This document shows, in pieces, positions 27,343 to 37,792 of a DNA stretch of 64,000 nt. The stretch is taken from assembly GCA_043825735.1 (NCBI GenBank), contig JBDRRP010000159.1, positions 1 through 64,000 of the forward strand, read 5' to 3'. The stretch is from Pseudomonadota bacterium. GTDB lineage: Bacteria; Desulfobacterota; Desulfobacteria; Desulfobacterales; JBDRRP01. Each line of letters starts with the position of its first letter. Positions within the stretch are counted from its first letter, which is position 1. Position numbers and translations under genes: made by a program. The notes beneath the pieces are model-generated. The model made no database searches, was not told the origin of the DNA, and was given only the letters and a program-made list of their open reading frames with translations.

Positions 27343-27424
27343 GAAAAAAAAGTGAAAAAATGTGTAGCGCGGTTTGCGCCCCCACGGGGAGATCTTGCGA
27401 ATAGAGCGGTAAAAAACAATAAAT

Positions 27425-27946
27425 TCAGACGGTAAGGCCAGCGCCCCCGCGATAGTGGGCGTCGATGAAATGCGCGTGGCTGGAAAAGGCGATGGGCGGC
27501 AGACGATCCGGGAAAAACCATGCCACCGCCGCCGCGTCATCTCCGGGTCGGGGGGTGCCCTCGAAGCGGCGCACCCGGTAGGCGATCATTAAAACGGTGT
27601 GATACTGTTTGTTGGGGGTGGCCATAACGCCCATAAGGCCCTCGATGCGACCATCGAGCCCGGTTTCCTCCTTGAGCTCGCGCAGTGCGGCGGCTTCCGG
27701 GGTTTCGTACAGCTCCATAAACCCCCCCGGCAGGCACCACCAGCCGATTTTGGGCGCTACGCACCGTTTGACTAAAAGAACCCGGTTCCGGTCATCCACC
27801 ACCACCAGGCAGGAGGCCGGTACCGGATTCTCATAAAGCGGATGATTGCAGGCGTTGCAATACAGCCGCTCGCGCCCCTCCCAGAATCGTTGCGTCAGGG
27901 GGACTGCGCAAAACGGGCAATAGCGCTTGACGCCGTCAGTGGTCAA
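27425..27946 (-). CDS. NUDIX hydrolase with an N-terminal Zn ribbon
   Basis: CPFC..CNAC; Nudix box GGFMELYETPEAAALRELKEETGL. Confidence 0.93.
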   Translation of the reverse strand: MTTDGVKRYCPFCAVPLTQRFWEGRERLYCNACNHPLYENPVPASCLVVVDDRNRVLLVKRCVAPKIGWWCLPGGFMELYETPEAAALRELKEETGLDGRIEGLMGVMATPNKQYHTVLMIAYRVRRFEGTPRPGDDAAAVAWFFPDRLPPIAFSSHAHFIDAHYRGGAGLTV

Positions 27947-29226
27947 TCGTCAAAATTTCCGGCCGGCCCTTTGTGGGAGGTCATGCCGACGGCCTTGGCA
28001 GCGATGGCCTCCGGGGTCCACTGCGCCGGGTCCTCAAGCCGTTCGGCTTTGGGCCCAGGGTCATAGGAGCGGGCCTTCAATATGGTTTCAATGGCCAGCG
28101 GCGCGGTGTCCCGGGCGTTGAGCACGTCAGTGAGCATCCTGTAGACAAAATCTTCGACGCGTTTGGCCATGCGGGCCCGGATAGCCGACGGCTGCCCCAG
28201 CAGCTTGTTTTCAAAGGGCAGGTTGAGTTTTTTGAAATCACCGGCCTTGTAGCCCTTGTCCCGGCCGTAGGCGGTCATCTCGGCCCACATCTCCTCTGAC
28301 ACCCCCTCCCCGGTCACTTTGACGAAATTGCCACCCTCGTCCAGCCGTGCGTTGCCGTAGTCGTTGACTTCCAGGCCCCAGCTGATCATCTGCAGGGCAG
28401 TGGCAACGTTGGCTTTCGTGGTCCGGGTCTGCTGCGCGATCTGCCGCAGGCGCTCGGAGCTGTTGCCCGATGTGCCGTGCTGGGCTCCGGACACGCGATA
28501 CGGTGAGATGGCCTCGTGGATCTGGCGGGTCAGATCCACCTGGATGCCCTGACCGCTTTCTTCGATACCGTGGGTGGTACCGTTGTTGAGTGCGATCCAG
28601 TTGGGGAAAATGCCGTTGGCATTGAGGCCCTGGATGAGAAAAAGCGCCTCGTCGACGGTGCTGAGCCCCTCTTTTCCTTTGATTTCGCCGACTTCTGTCT
28701 CAAGGCCGGACCATGCGGGAATGACGGCATTCAATTGAATGCTGGCCAGCAGGTTCTGATCGTCGGGCATGTGGCTCGCATCGATGGCGATGGACGTGAT
28801 GCCGGCATCGAACATGGTGGGGATTTCCACCAGCGCCGGCGCCACATCTTTGGGTTTCTTGATGCCGTAGTGATCCGCGTGGATGGCAACCGGGATGGTG
28901 ATGCCCATTTCATTGCACAGGGCGTCCACGATGCGGGCCATGTTCCAGTAGTTGACGGCGCAGTAGGCGCTGGCGCCGCCTTCGGATCGGGCGATTTCGA
29001 TGATCAGACAGGAATTGGCCCGCTGGGCGGCGGCCAGGGCGCCTCGGATGACAAACGTGCTGCGTCCGTTGGCGGCCATGACGACGGCGTTTCCTTTGGC
29101 CAGCATGGCCAGATCGATTATTTTCCCACTGACGATGAGGGCCTGGGAGTTGGGAAAACAGCTAACGATGTTGGGCGGTCTGCCGACAGACAGCGCCGCC
29201 TGGAAATCTTTGGATGCGGTGGCCAT
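27943..29226 (-). CDS. fba: Class II fructose-bisphosphate aldolase
   Basis: HADH, IDAS, ETEVGEI, GTTHG, QHGTSG and KANVAT; ATG 29226 with AGGAGG. Confidence 0.9.
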   Translation of the reverse strand: MATASKDFQAALSVGRPPNIVSCFPNSQALIVSGKIIDLAMLAKGNAVVMAANGRSTFVIRGALAAAQRANSCLIIEIARSEGGASAYCAVNYWNMARIVDALCNEMGITIPVAIHADHYGIKKPKDVAPALVEIPTMFDAGITSIAIDASHMPDDQNLLASIQLNAVIPAWSGLETEVGEIKGKEGLSTVDEALFLIQGLNANGIFPNWIALNNGTTHGIEESGQGIQVDLTRQIHEAISPYRVSGAQHGTSGNSSERLRQIAQQTRTTKANVATALQMISWGLEVNDYGNARLDEGGNFVKVTGEGVSEEMWAEMTAYGRDKGYKAGDFKKLNLPFENKLLGQPSAIRARMAKRVEDFVYRMLTDVLNARDTAPLAIETILKARSYDPGPKAERLEDPAQWTPEAIAAKAVGMTSHKGPAGNFDD

Positions 29227-29355
29227 GGTGTCCTCCTGTTTTCGAGTGTCTATGGCAATGCGTTGGTATGACATGTTCGTTGCCGGTGGTGTCGGGGGCA
29301 GCGCGACGCCCCAATTAGCGCTATAGTAATCAATTAACCCTTACTTGTAAACCGA

Positions 29356-29383
29356 TTGACAAACCCCTGCACTGGTGTAGAGT
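29356..29383 (+). promoter_or_regulatory. Putative sigma-70 promoter
   Basis: TTGACA-N16-TAGAGT upstream of the lipoprotein gene. Confidence 0.5.
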
Positions 29384-29541
29384 AGGCCTGCCCGTAAGCG
29401 CTCCAGGGTAGGGTTTGTTTCACCGGGACCGATAGCGCTATCCAGGGGCGAAACGTAAACGCTCGTTGCCGGCGCCACTATTGATCACGGTCTTCGGCCT
29501 CAAACCAAAGCCGTCTGCTCTGTAGGCGGTCGTTTATTCTC

Positions 29542-31560
29542 ATGTCGCTCAAACCATATCTCTGGCTTCTGCTGGCGGCGGCGGCCCTCCTTCCGGCCTG
29601 TGCCCAGAAGGTGACGGTGGCCCCTGCGCCGGCGCCCGCAGCGGCTGAAAGACAAATCCTGCCTGCTGCCGATCACCTGTTGACCGAAGCCGAAAAGCGA
29701 TTCGATCAAAAGGACTACGCCGGTGCCGTTGAGGCTTACGATACCTTCATCGGTGGTTATCCGACCAATGACATGGTGCCGGTCGCATGGATGAAAATCG
29801 GTGCCGCCTATCGGGCGATGGGGGACAGTGCCCGTTCCAGAAAGGCCTACGAAACCGTTATCGCAAACCATCCCAGTCATCATCTTCTCCAGGAAGCCTG
29901 GGTCGCAGTGTTGGCCTCTTATTATGATGAGGGCCGTTTTGACGCGGTCATCACGCAGCTGGCGCCGGCGCTCGCGGTCGTCACCGAAGGCGACCTGCGC
30001 TTTCGTGCCTACATGCTGGCCGGAGATGCCTACATGGCCTTGGAGGCACCCACCGAAGCGGTCTTGGCCTATGTACGGGCTTACCCGCAGGCTGATGAGC
30101 CTGCCCGCATCGCGTTGCGCCAGCGGCTCGCCTCGGCGCTTCGTTTGCTGGATCGGGATGTTTTTGAAGCCCTTTTGCTCCAGATCTCCGATCCCGCCAT
30201 GATGCAGATGGTCAGCGATCTCGGCCGCTCCCTGATCTACCGTCGCACGACTATCGGTTGCCTGTTGCCGCTGAGCGGGGCCTATCAGGTGTTCGGCCAA
30301 AAGGCCCTCAACGGCATTGAACTGGCCATGGCGGAGGCCGCCGTCGGACACCCCATGGTGGAGATACTCGTCAGAGACACGGGCAGCGATGACGGCCGCG
30401 CGGCGGCGGCCGTTGCCGAACTGGCCAACGCCGGGGTTGCCGCCATTGTCGGCCCCATTGCGACGGCTGAGGCCGCGGCGGCGGTGGCCCAGTCCATCGG
30501 CATGCCGATGATCACCTTGACCCAGCGAGATGGGGTGACCAACCGGGGTGATTTTGTTTTTCGCAACTTTATTACGCCCCAAATGCAGACCGAGGCACTG
30601 GTGACCCACGCCGTCACCACGTTGGGGGTCCGGCGATTTGCCATCCTTTACCCTACGGACAATTACGGCAAAACCTTCATGAACCTCTTCTGGGACGAAG
30701 TCATCCACCAGGGGGCAACGGTGGCGGCGGTGGTTGCCTATGACGGGGATCAGACCGATTTTGCCGACGCCGTCAAAAAGACCGTGGGGCTGGATCATAT
30801 TGCCGATGCGAAACTGGCACAGGCCTTACGGCCGGTGCTGTCTACAGGTGCGGACCGGCTGCCGTTTGCCGACTATGGCGGCGCGCTCATCGGGCTGTAC
30901 GGTCCTCTGCCGGCTGACTTCTATCCGCCGTCGCCTGATCCTGCTGACGCCATGGCGCCGTCTTTGCTGTGGGAGACCGCGAACCGGAACAAAGTGCAGG
31001 AGCCTGTCTCCATTGTCGACTTTGAAGCGGTGTTCATCCCGGACGCCCCGCGCACCGCCGGTCTCATCATCCCGCAGCTGGCCTATTACGACGCGTCCGG
31101 TCCTGTCCTTCTGGGGACCAACCTGTGGAACTCCGATGAGCTTGTCAAAATGAGCCGTGGCACTGTGCAGGGCGCCATTTTTCCCGACGGTTTTTTCCCG
31201 AACAGCCAGCGACCGGCGGTGCGGCGATTTGTGGCCGCCTATACGAGTATCTACGGTGAAACGCCCGGATTTATCGAGGCCATCAGCTACGATTCTGCCA
31301 AGCTGCTGCTGGAGACGGTGACCCGCCCATCGGTGCATAGTAAAATCGGTATCCGCGATGCGCTGCTCAAGACGGCCGATTTTGAGGGTGCTACCGGCGT
31401 TACCGCCTTCGATTACAACGGAGAAGTGCGCAAACAACCTTTTTTACTGACCATTCGGGGAAGCCGTCTGGAAGAAATCACCCCAGTGCCGGCGGCGGTT
31501 GATACCACCGGCGGAGAAGCCTCACCGGCTGTCGCCCCCTTGGAATCTCACCCTCAGTGA
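29542..31560 (+). CDS. LpoA/LppC-like penicillin-binding-protein activator lipoprotein
   Basis: Lipobox LPAC, TPR-like N-terminal half, periplasmic-binding fold (IGCLLPLSG, IVGP, FEAVFIPD, FEGATG). Confidence 0.85.
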   Translation: MSLKPYLWLLLAAAALLPACAQKVTVAPAPAPAAAERQILPAADHLLTEAEKRFDQKDYAGAVEAYDTFIGGYPTNDMVPVAWMKIGAAYRAMGDSARSRKAYETVIANHPSHHLLQEAWVAVLASYYDEGRFDAVITQLAPALAVVTEGDLRFRAYMLAGDAYMALEAPTEAVLAYVRAYPQADEPARIALRQRLASALRLLDRDVFEALLLQISDPAMMQMVSDLGRSLIYRRTTIGCLLPLSGAYQVFGQKALNGIELAMAEAAVGHPMVEILVRDTGSDDGRAAAAVAELANAGVAAIVGPIATAEAAAAVAQSIGMPMITLTQRDGVTNRGDFVFRNFITPQMQTEALVTHAVTTLGVRRFAILYPTDNYGKTFMNLFWDEVIHQGATVAAVVAYDGDQTDFADAVKKTVGLDHIADAKLAQALRPVLSTGADRLPFADYGGALIGLYGPLPADFYPPSPDPADAMAPSLLWETANRNKVQEPVSIVDFEAVFIPDAPRTAGLIIPQLAYYDASGPVLLGTNLWNSDELVKMSRGTVQGAIFPDGFFPNSQRPAVRRFVAAYTSIYGETPGFIEAISYDSAKLLLETVTRPSVHSKIGIRDALLKTADFEGATGVTAFDYNGEVRKQPFLLTIRGSRLEEITPVPAAVDTTGGEASPAVAPLESHPQ

Positions 31561-32906
31561 GTGTCGCCTATACCGCATACCGCCATGTGAGCGCGGGGTT
31601 ATTTTTTATCGGGTTTCCCGTTTTCTGGGGCTTTGCCCATATCACCGGTCGGCACCGTCAGAATTTGTCTCAGCGTTTGGGGCGCTATCCTCACAGCCTC
31701 CGTCCTGCCCGGGGGGGGCCTCGGGTGTGGCTGCACGCCGCATCGGTGGGGGAAGTATCTGTGGCCATGGCGATTTTGGATGCGCTGGCCGACATCCGAT
31801 CGGATGCGGACGTGGTGGTTTCCACCACCACGCCCCAGGGGCTGGCGGTGGCGCGCGCGCGCCTTCCCGAGCGGGTGCCCTGCGTGCTGGCGCCGCTGGA
31901 TGCCAGTGCCGTGGTCGCCCGCGGGCTTCGGCATATCCGGCCTGACGTACTGGTGTGTGTGGAGACCGAATTGTGGCCCTGCTGGCTGGTGACGGCCCGT
32001 CAGGCGGGCATTCGGACGGCGCTGGTGAACGGGCGCATCAGTCAGGGCTCGTTTCGCGGTTATCTTCGGGCCCGCTGCCTCATGACCTCCGTCCTGGATC
32101 ATGTGGACGCATTCAGCATGATTTCCGATGGCGATGCCCGTCGGATCCGTGCCATGGGCGCCGACGGCGGGCGCATCCGGGTCAATGGCAACGCCAAATT
32201 CGATGCCGGAGACCGCCGCGGGCCGGTGGGCATTGATCCCGAAGCGTTTCGGCGCCTTTTCAACCTGACCGATGACACCCCGGTCTGGGTGGCCGGCAGT
32301 ACGCGCAGCGGCGAAGACGCCATGGTGCTGGAGGCCTTCATGGCGGCGCGCCGGCGCCATCCCGGATTGACGCTTATCCTGGCGCCGCGGCATGTTCAGC
32401 GGGCGGCGGACATCGTCGCGCTTGCCCGGCAGCGGCAGATCTTCTGCCAGCTGCGATCCGATCTGCGCCCGGGCGGCGCGGCGCGGCGCGCCCCGCTCAT
32501 CATCCTGGATTCGGTGGGAGAGCTCAATAGCGTTTATCAACTGGCTCACGTGGTATTTTGCGGCGGCAGCCTGGTCCCCAAGGGCGGACAAAACGTTCTT
32601 GAAGCGGCGGCGCTGGGAAAACCCGTTCTCTATGGCCCCTATATGGATGATTTCCTGGCGGAATCGGCGGCGCTGACCGACGGCGGCGGGGGGCGCCCAG
32701 TGGCCGACAGCCGACAGCTCGGGCAGGCGGTGGCCGATCTGCTCTCATCTCCGGAGGCCATCCAGCGCATGGGGGCCGCAGCGCTTCGCGTGGTTCATGC
32801 CAACCGCGGCGCGGCCGCCCGTCACGCTGCCGTCATCGCCGACCTGCTGCCGGCGCCACAAAAACACGTCTCGCGCAGAGACGCAGAGGCGCAGAGAAAA
32901 CCATGA
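31557..32906 (+). CDS. waaA: 3-deoxy-D-manno-octulosonic acid transferase
   Basis: WLHAASVGE, ETELWP, NGRIS, GNAKFD, AGSTR, APRH and GGQNVLE. Confidence 0.96.
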   Translation: MSVAYTAYRHVSAGLFFIGFPVFWGFAHITGRHRQNLSQRLGRYPHSLRPARGGPRVWLHAASVGEVSVAMAILDALADIRSDADVVVSTTTPQGLAVARARLPERVPCVLAPLDASAVVARGLRHIRPDVLVCVETELWPCWLVTARQAGIRTALVNGRISQGSFRGYLRARCLMTSVLDHVDAFSMISDGDARRIRAMGADGGRIRVNGNAKFDAGDRRGPVGIDPEAFRRLFNLTDDTPVWVAGSTRSGEDAMVLEAFMAARRRHPGLTLILAPRHVQRAADIVALARQRQIFCQLRSDLRPGGAARRAPLIILDSVGELNSVYQLAHVVFCGGSLVPKGGQNVLEAAALGKPVLYGPYMDDFLAESAALTDGGGGRPVADSRQLGQAVADLLSSPEAIQRMGAAALRVVHANRGAAARHAAVIADLLPAPQKHVSRRDAEAQRKP

Positions 32907-33102
32907 ATTTTTCCGTCTTTGCCGGATATGACCCAAAGTTTCTTGCCGCGGTAAGCTTGAACCGGTTTTTCGCACGATAGTGCGACGAGATTCTGGTTTT
33001 GATTTTCTTTGCGCCTCTGCGTCTTTGGAGTGCCTTTGCGCGAGAAGTATTCTTTTTGGTTTCCTCTGCGGCCCTGCGTCTCTGCGCGATAAATGGGTGT
33101 TT
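32869..33102. repeat. Nonamer-repeat cluster (CGCAGAG / CTCTGCG) overlapping the waaA 3' end
   Basis: ctcgcgcagagacgcagaggcgcagag (32870-32897) and complementary arms at 33007-33090. Confidence 0.85.
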
Positions 33103-33113
33103 CCTTAAAACGG

Positions 33114-34460
33114 TCAGCTGCCGGCAGGGGCATTGATCAGCGATCCCTGCCCGGTGGAGTCCTGTACGGTTTTCCACAATTTCCCATTGGGTTCCACCTG
33201 TTTGCGCCGGCCACTGGACAGTGACATGGGGATATGTACGAAATGGTTGTTCCAGTGGCTTACCAGCATGCGGGTCTTGCCGGTGATTCCGGCGTGCACC
33301 GCATCCCGGCCCAGAAACCCGCAGAAGACGCTGTCGTTGGCGTTGGCCGGCAGGCTGCGGATGAGATAGCTGGGGTCGATGTACTTCAGTGAGAGCTCCA
33401 TCCCCTTATTGGCGAAATAGCGGGTGATCTCATTTTTTAGAAACAGACCGATGTCTTTCAGGCGGATGTTGCCCGAGGCGTCGGTCTCCGATTCTCCCGT
33501 TTCGAAATACTTCTGGCCGGCCCCTTCTGCAACGACGATCACCGCATGCCTGCGCTCGGCCAGCCGTTTTTCCAGCTTGCTCAAAAGTCCATTGGGGCCG
33601 TTGAGGTCGAAATCGATTTCCGGGATCAACACGAAGTTCACGTCCTGCTGGGCAAGGGTGGCGGTGGCGGCGATAAATCCCGAGTGCCGCCCCATGAGTT
33701 TGATCAGCCCCACACCGTTGGGATAGCCCTGCGCCTCGTTGTGGGCCCCGCGGATCGTTTCGGTGGCGACATCGACGGCCGTGTCGAAACCGAACGAACG
33801 CGACACCATGAAGATATCGTTGTCGATTGTTTTGGGAATGCCGATGACGCTCGTTTTCAGGCGCCGTTCGGTGATGGCATCGGCAATACGGGCCGCCGCC
33901 ATGAGGGTGCCGTCGCCGCCGATCATGAAAAGAACGCCGATGCTCATGCGTTCGAGACTGTCCACAATCTCATCGATGTCCTGGGGGCCACGGCTGGAGC
34001 CCAGGATGGTTCCGCCCATATTGAGGATGTTGGATACCGTGGCGGGCTCCAGGTCCAGGACGTCATGCCCGTAATCCGGAATAAACCCCTGGAGTCCATA
34101 GCGGATGCCGTAGATATTGCGCACGCCGTAGTGGTAGTAAAGCTCCAAAACGATGGCCCGGATGATGTCGTTGAGTCCGGGGCACAATCCGCCGCAGGTG
34201 ACGAGTGCGGCCCTGAGTTTACTGGGGTCAAAGTAAATGCGCTGGCGCGGTCCGGCCAGTTCGAATGCCGGCAGCGCGATGCCGTCGGTCACCATCCGGG
34301 TGATCCGGTCCGGGGACAGGTCCACGAGAACCTGTTCCGAGTCTGACACGAAAAAGGGGGTGTCGCCGATGCTGGCGTCCTTCACCAGGGGAGAGGTGAT
34401 TTTCGGCTCACCCAGGGACCCGATGGCGGTATCGCCGTGGTTGATTTCCTCAAAGTTCAT
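33114..34460 (-). CDS. pfkA: ATP-dependent 6-phosphofructokinase (long, group X type)
   Basis: TCGGLCPGLN, GGTILGSSRG, GGDGT, PKTIDNDI, MGRHSG and IDPSYLIRS; ATG 34460. Confidence 0.93.
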   Translation of the reverse strand: MNFEEINHGDTAIGSLGEPKITSPLVKDASIGDTPFFVSDSEQVLVDLSPDRITRMVTDGIALPAFELAGPRQRIYFDPSKLRAALVTCGGLCPGLNDIIRAIVLELYYHYGVRNIYGIRYGLQGFIPDYGHDVLDLEPATVSNILNMGGTILGSSRGPQDIDEIVDSLERMSIGVLFMIGGDGTLMAAARIADAITERRLKTSVIGIPKTIDNDIFMVSRSFGFDTAVDVATETIRGAHNEAQGYPNGVGLIKLMGRHSGFIAATATLAQQDVNFVLIPEIDFDLNGPNGLLSKLEKRLAERRHAVIVVAEGAGQKYFETGESETDASGNIRLKDIGLFLKNEITRYFANKGMELSLKYIDPSYLIRSLPANANDSVFCGFLGRDAVHAGITGKTRMLVSHWNNHFVHIPMSLSSGRRKQVEPNGKLWKTVQDSTGQGSLINAPAGS

Positions 34461-34500
34461 GATGGTGCCTCCTGTCGCGCGCCGGCATGCGCCGGGTCTT

Positions 34501-35481
34501 CTATTCGTTTGGCCCGTTGAAGCTGAATTCCCCCTTGCCCAGGATATCGTGCAGATGCAGCACGCCCACTGCCCGGCCGTCATCGTCGGTGACCGGCAGC
34601 ACCGTGATCTGGTGCTGCTCCATGAGGTTCAGGGCGTCGTAGGCGGGCGATCCAGGGGAAATGGTTCGCGGCGTGCGGGTCATGACCGTGTCGATGGCGG
34701 TGTCAAAGCGCCCCGTGCCCCGCGCCAGCAGTCGGCGAATGTCGCCGTCGGTGAGAATCCCCAGCAACCGATCATCCAGGTCCACCACCATCACCACACC
34801 GATTTCCATACGATCGATTTCTTTGATGGCTTCCATGATGGTGCTTCCGGAAGCCACTGTCGGAATCACTGCGCCGGTGAGCATCAGTTGAGCGACGCTG
34901 GCGCTTAAGCGTTGACCCAGGACGCCGCTGGGGTGGTACTTCTTGAAGTCGCTCGACTTGAAATGCTTGCGGTTGATCAGCACCACGGCCAGCGCGTCAC
35001 CCATGGCGAGCTGCGCCGTCGTGCTCGCCGTGGGGGCCAGACCCAGCGGGCAGGCCTCTTTCTTGACCCCGGTGTCGATGACGATATCACTGTGGCCGGC
35101 CAGCGTCGAGTTCATGTTTCCGGTAAAGGAGACCACATGGCATCCGATACTGCGGATGCTCGGCACCAGGAGGTTGAGTTCGTCGGTCTCTCCACTGTTG
35201 GAAATGGCCAGAAAGACATCATCGGCGCTCACCATCCCCAGGTCCCCGTGCATGGCTTCCACCGGGTGCAAAAAGATGGACCGGGTTCCGGTGCTGTTCA
35301 GTGTGGCGACGATTTTCCGGGCAACGATGCCGGATTTGCCGATACCGCTGACGATGAGCCGACCCTTGGACTGGCAGATCATCTCGATCATTTCTTCAAA
35401 CCGGTGATCGATGCGGGGAATGAGGTCCAGAATGCCGGCGGCCTCTGTTTTCAGGACGTCGATGGCTTCGGCGATACTCAT
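34501..35481 (-). CDS. kdsD: Arabinose-5-phosphate isomerase (KpsF/GutQ, SIS plus 2 CBS)
   Basis: GIGKSG, HGDLG, SNSGET, EACPLGLAPTAST and TDGDIRR. Confidence 0.95.
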   Translation of the reverse strand: MSIAEAIDVLKTEAAGILDLIPRIDHRFEEMIEMICQSKGRLIVSGIGKSGIVARKIVATLNSTGTRSIFLHPVEAMHGDLGMVSADDVFLAISNSGETDELNLLVPSIRSIGCHVVSFTGNMNSTLAGHSDIVIDTGVKKEACPLGLAPTASTTAQLAMGDALAVVLINRKHFKSSDFKKYHPSGVLGQRLSASVAQLMLTGAVIPTVASGSTIMEAIKEIDRMEIGVVMVVDLDDRLLGILTDGDIRRLLARGTGRFDTAIDTVMTRTPRTISPGSPAYDALNLMEQHQITVLPVTDDDGRAVGVLHLHDILGKGEFSFNGPNE

Positions 35482-35878
35482 AAGTATATTTTCCCTATAA
35501 TACCAACTGGCACTGAACTTGCTTTTGTTTTGTAGTCGCCAGGGTCGTGCGACGGCCGCACGCTGCTGGAATGCGTGTCACACGCTAGGGTGTATATCAC
35601 CGGGGGATATCTGGTCAGCAGTCACGGTGCCCGAAACGGTTGCCGGATCGCCGAGCGTGCGTTAATATCATGACACTTTGGCTTAACTTGTCAATTTGCC
35701 TGTTAAAAATCAAGCACCGTTTTGGCGGCCGGAAAAAGGCCCGGAATGGTTAAAAAAGTGTTGACAGGAAGGTTTTTCGAGACTAATAGTGCCCCGGACA
35801 AAAATCCTGTCAGGAAGGGGCCGGGGACACCCCCCAGGCCTTTTTATTTGACCGATACAAAATTTGGAGGACGTTCCA

Positions 35879-36163
35879 ATGATTTGCACCACGATTCGCC
35901 CAGGCAAGGACTGTAATTTCATGAAATCTTCCGGCTGCTCCTACAACGGCGGCCTGTGTTTCGAGGTGGTGGAGAGTTGCCAGGGATGCAGCCGCACCGA
36001 AGAGTATTCTTCAAAGTGGTATTGCACGGCCTGCCCGGAGCCGTCGGTCCGCTGGAAAAACGGGGCCTGCAACATGGCGACCCATGTGAAAGAAGAAGCC
36101 CTGGCCAAAGCACACAAGATCAACCCGTTGAAGGCCAGCAAGCGCGCAGCAAAGAAAAAATGA
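35879..36163 (+). CDS. PxxKW-type cysteine-rich small protein
   Basis: 9 Cys, PSVRW..GACNMATH and C-terminal KINPLKASKR; GGAGG RBS. Confidence 0.85.
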   Translation: MICTTIRPGKDCNFMKSSGCSYNGGLCFEVVESCQGCSRTEEYSSKWYCTACPEPSVRWKNGACNMATHVKEEALAKAHKINPLKASKRAAKKK

Positions 36164-36182
36164 TCGATTCAGGTGCCCATTC

Positions 36183-36217
36183 AAACCCTGCCGGCACCGC
36201 GCCGGCGGGGTTTTTTT
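36183..36217 (+). terminator. Intrinsic terminator
   Basis: ccctgccggc-accgc-gccggcgggg followed by T7. Confidence 0.88.
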
Positions 36218-36436
36218 GTGGACCGCCCGGCACACCTTGATGGACGGTGGCCGCTGTAGCATCAGTTGCCGTCGACGGGTCGCGTGGCCTGCGGATGCGC
36301 GCTATCTATCGTTTTTTCTTGACAATTTTTCTCGCTCACCGTTAAAAAGCAAAGTTTGACATCTGGTATCGTACCGTTTCACGGCGGAGTGCCCAGTCGC
36401 CGACCGCCGTGTCGCCCTGATTTTGGAGGAATGTGG

Positions 36437-37756
36437 ATGAATCCGATTGCCAAAGAACTCAATGCCGTCATCGAAGCCGGCAACCCGGAGCTGATGAGCC
36501 TGTTGTCGGCGACGGGAAAAGCCCTGTTTTTCCCCAAAGGGATCCTCAGCCAGAGTGCCGAAGCCAAGGTGCGCGCCCATAAGATAAACGCCACCATCGG
36601 CATCGCCAAAGAGCAAGGGCACACCATGCGGTTTGACAGCGTCGCCTGCCACATCAGCGGCATTGCGCCCCGCGACTCGCTGACATATGCGCCGTCATTT
36701 GGCATTCCGGAGCTGCGAAAAACCTGGAAGGAAGCCCTTTACCGCAAAAACCCGTCTCTGGCCGGGAAAAGCGTCAGTCTGCCGGTGGTCACCAACGGCA
36801 TCACCCACGGGATCAGCACCTTCGGCGAAGTCTGGCTCGATCCCGGGGATGTGGTGATCCTGCCGGAAATGATGTGGGGCAACTACAACCTGATCCTGGG
36901 GCTGCGACGCGGGGTCCGCATCAGTCACTACGAGCTGTTTACGGCCGCCGGTGGATTCAATCTCGAGGCCTTCGAAGCAGCGGTGAAAAAAGAGGCGGCT
37001 GCCAACGAGAAAATCGCTGTTCTGCTGAATTTTCCCCAGAATCCCTCCGGCTATACCGCCACCGAGGCCGAGGGGCGGCGCATCGCTGAGATCCTCACCG
37101 CTGTGGCCGGGCAGGGCACGCGGGTTCTGGCGGTTTTCGACGACGCCTATTTCGGTCTGTTCTATGATCCCACGACCCTTCAGGAATCCCTGTTTGCCCG
37201 CCTGTGCGACGCCCACCCGCGGCTTTTGGCAGTCAAACTGGACGGTGCCACCAAGGAAAACTATGTCTGGGGACTGCGCGTCGGGTTCATCACCTACGGG
37301 TGCCCCATGGTCGGCGACGCTGCGGCCGCTTACGACGCCTTGGAGCGGAAAACGGCCGGCAGCATCCGGGGCACCATTTCCAACGCATCGCACCTGGGCC
37401 AATCCATTGTTCTCAAGTCCATGCAGTCCCCCGCGTATTCTGAGGAGCAGCAGTCCAAGTTCGGGCTTCTCAAAGCACGCGCCGATCGCGTGAAGGCAGT
37501 GCTGGCCAATCCGGCCTATGCCGATGCCTGGGAGGCCTATCCGTTTAATTCCGGTTATTTCATGTGCCTGCGGTTAAAAACGGTTGATGCCGAGACCCTT
37601 CGCGTCCATCTGCTCGATAACTACGGTGTGGGGTTGATCGCACTGGGGGAGCGCAACCTTCGGGTGGCCTTTTCCTGCATCGATGAGGCTGACGTGGAAG
37701 AATTGTTCGATATCATCCACCGGGGCATCTGCGATCTCACCGGTCAGGGCACCTGA
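36437..37756 (+). CDS. Class I/II PLP aminotransferase
   Basis: NATIG, NFPQNPSGY, DDAYFG, KLDGATKE..WGLRVG and FNSGYF; GGAGGA RBS. Confidence 0.9.
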   Translation: MNPIAKELNAVIEAGNPELMSLLSATGKALFFPKGILSQSAEAKVRAHKINATIGIAKEQGHTMRFDSVACHISGIAPRDSLTYAPSFGIPELRKTWKEALYRKNPSLAGKSVSLPVVTNGITHGISTFGEVWLDPGDVVILPEMMWGNYNLILGLRRGVRISHYELFTAAGGFNLEAFEAAVKKEAAANEKIAVLLNFPQNPSGYTATEAEGRRIAEILTAVAGQGTRVLAVFDDAYFGLFYDPTTLQESLFARLCDAHPRLLAVKLDGATKENYVWGLRVGFITYGCPMVGDAAAAYDALERKTAGSIRGTISNASHLGQSIVLKSMQSPAYSEEQQSKFGLLKARADRVKAVLANPAYADAWEAYPFNSGYFMCLRLKTVDAETLRVHLLDNYGVGLIALGERNLRVAFSCIDEADVEELFDIIHRGICDLTGQGT

Positions 37757-37792
37757 GCGGTGGGGCGCTGGAAGTGACGGACACTGACTAAA

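Noticed and set aside
29359..29418. Riboswitch-like hairpin acaaaccc...gggtttgt
   Set aside because: The left arm overlaps the putative -35 and would not be transcribed; no known aptamer motif.
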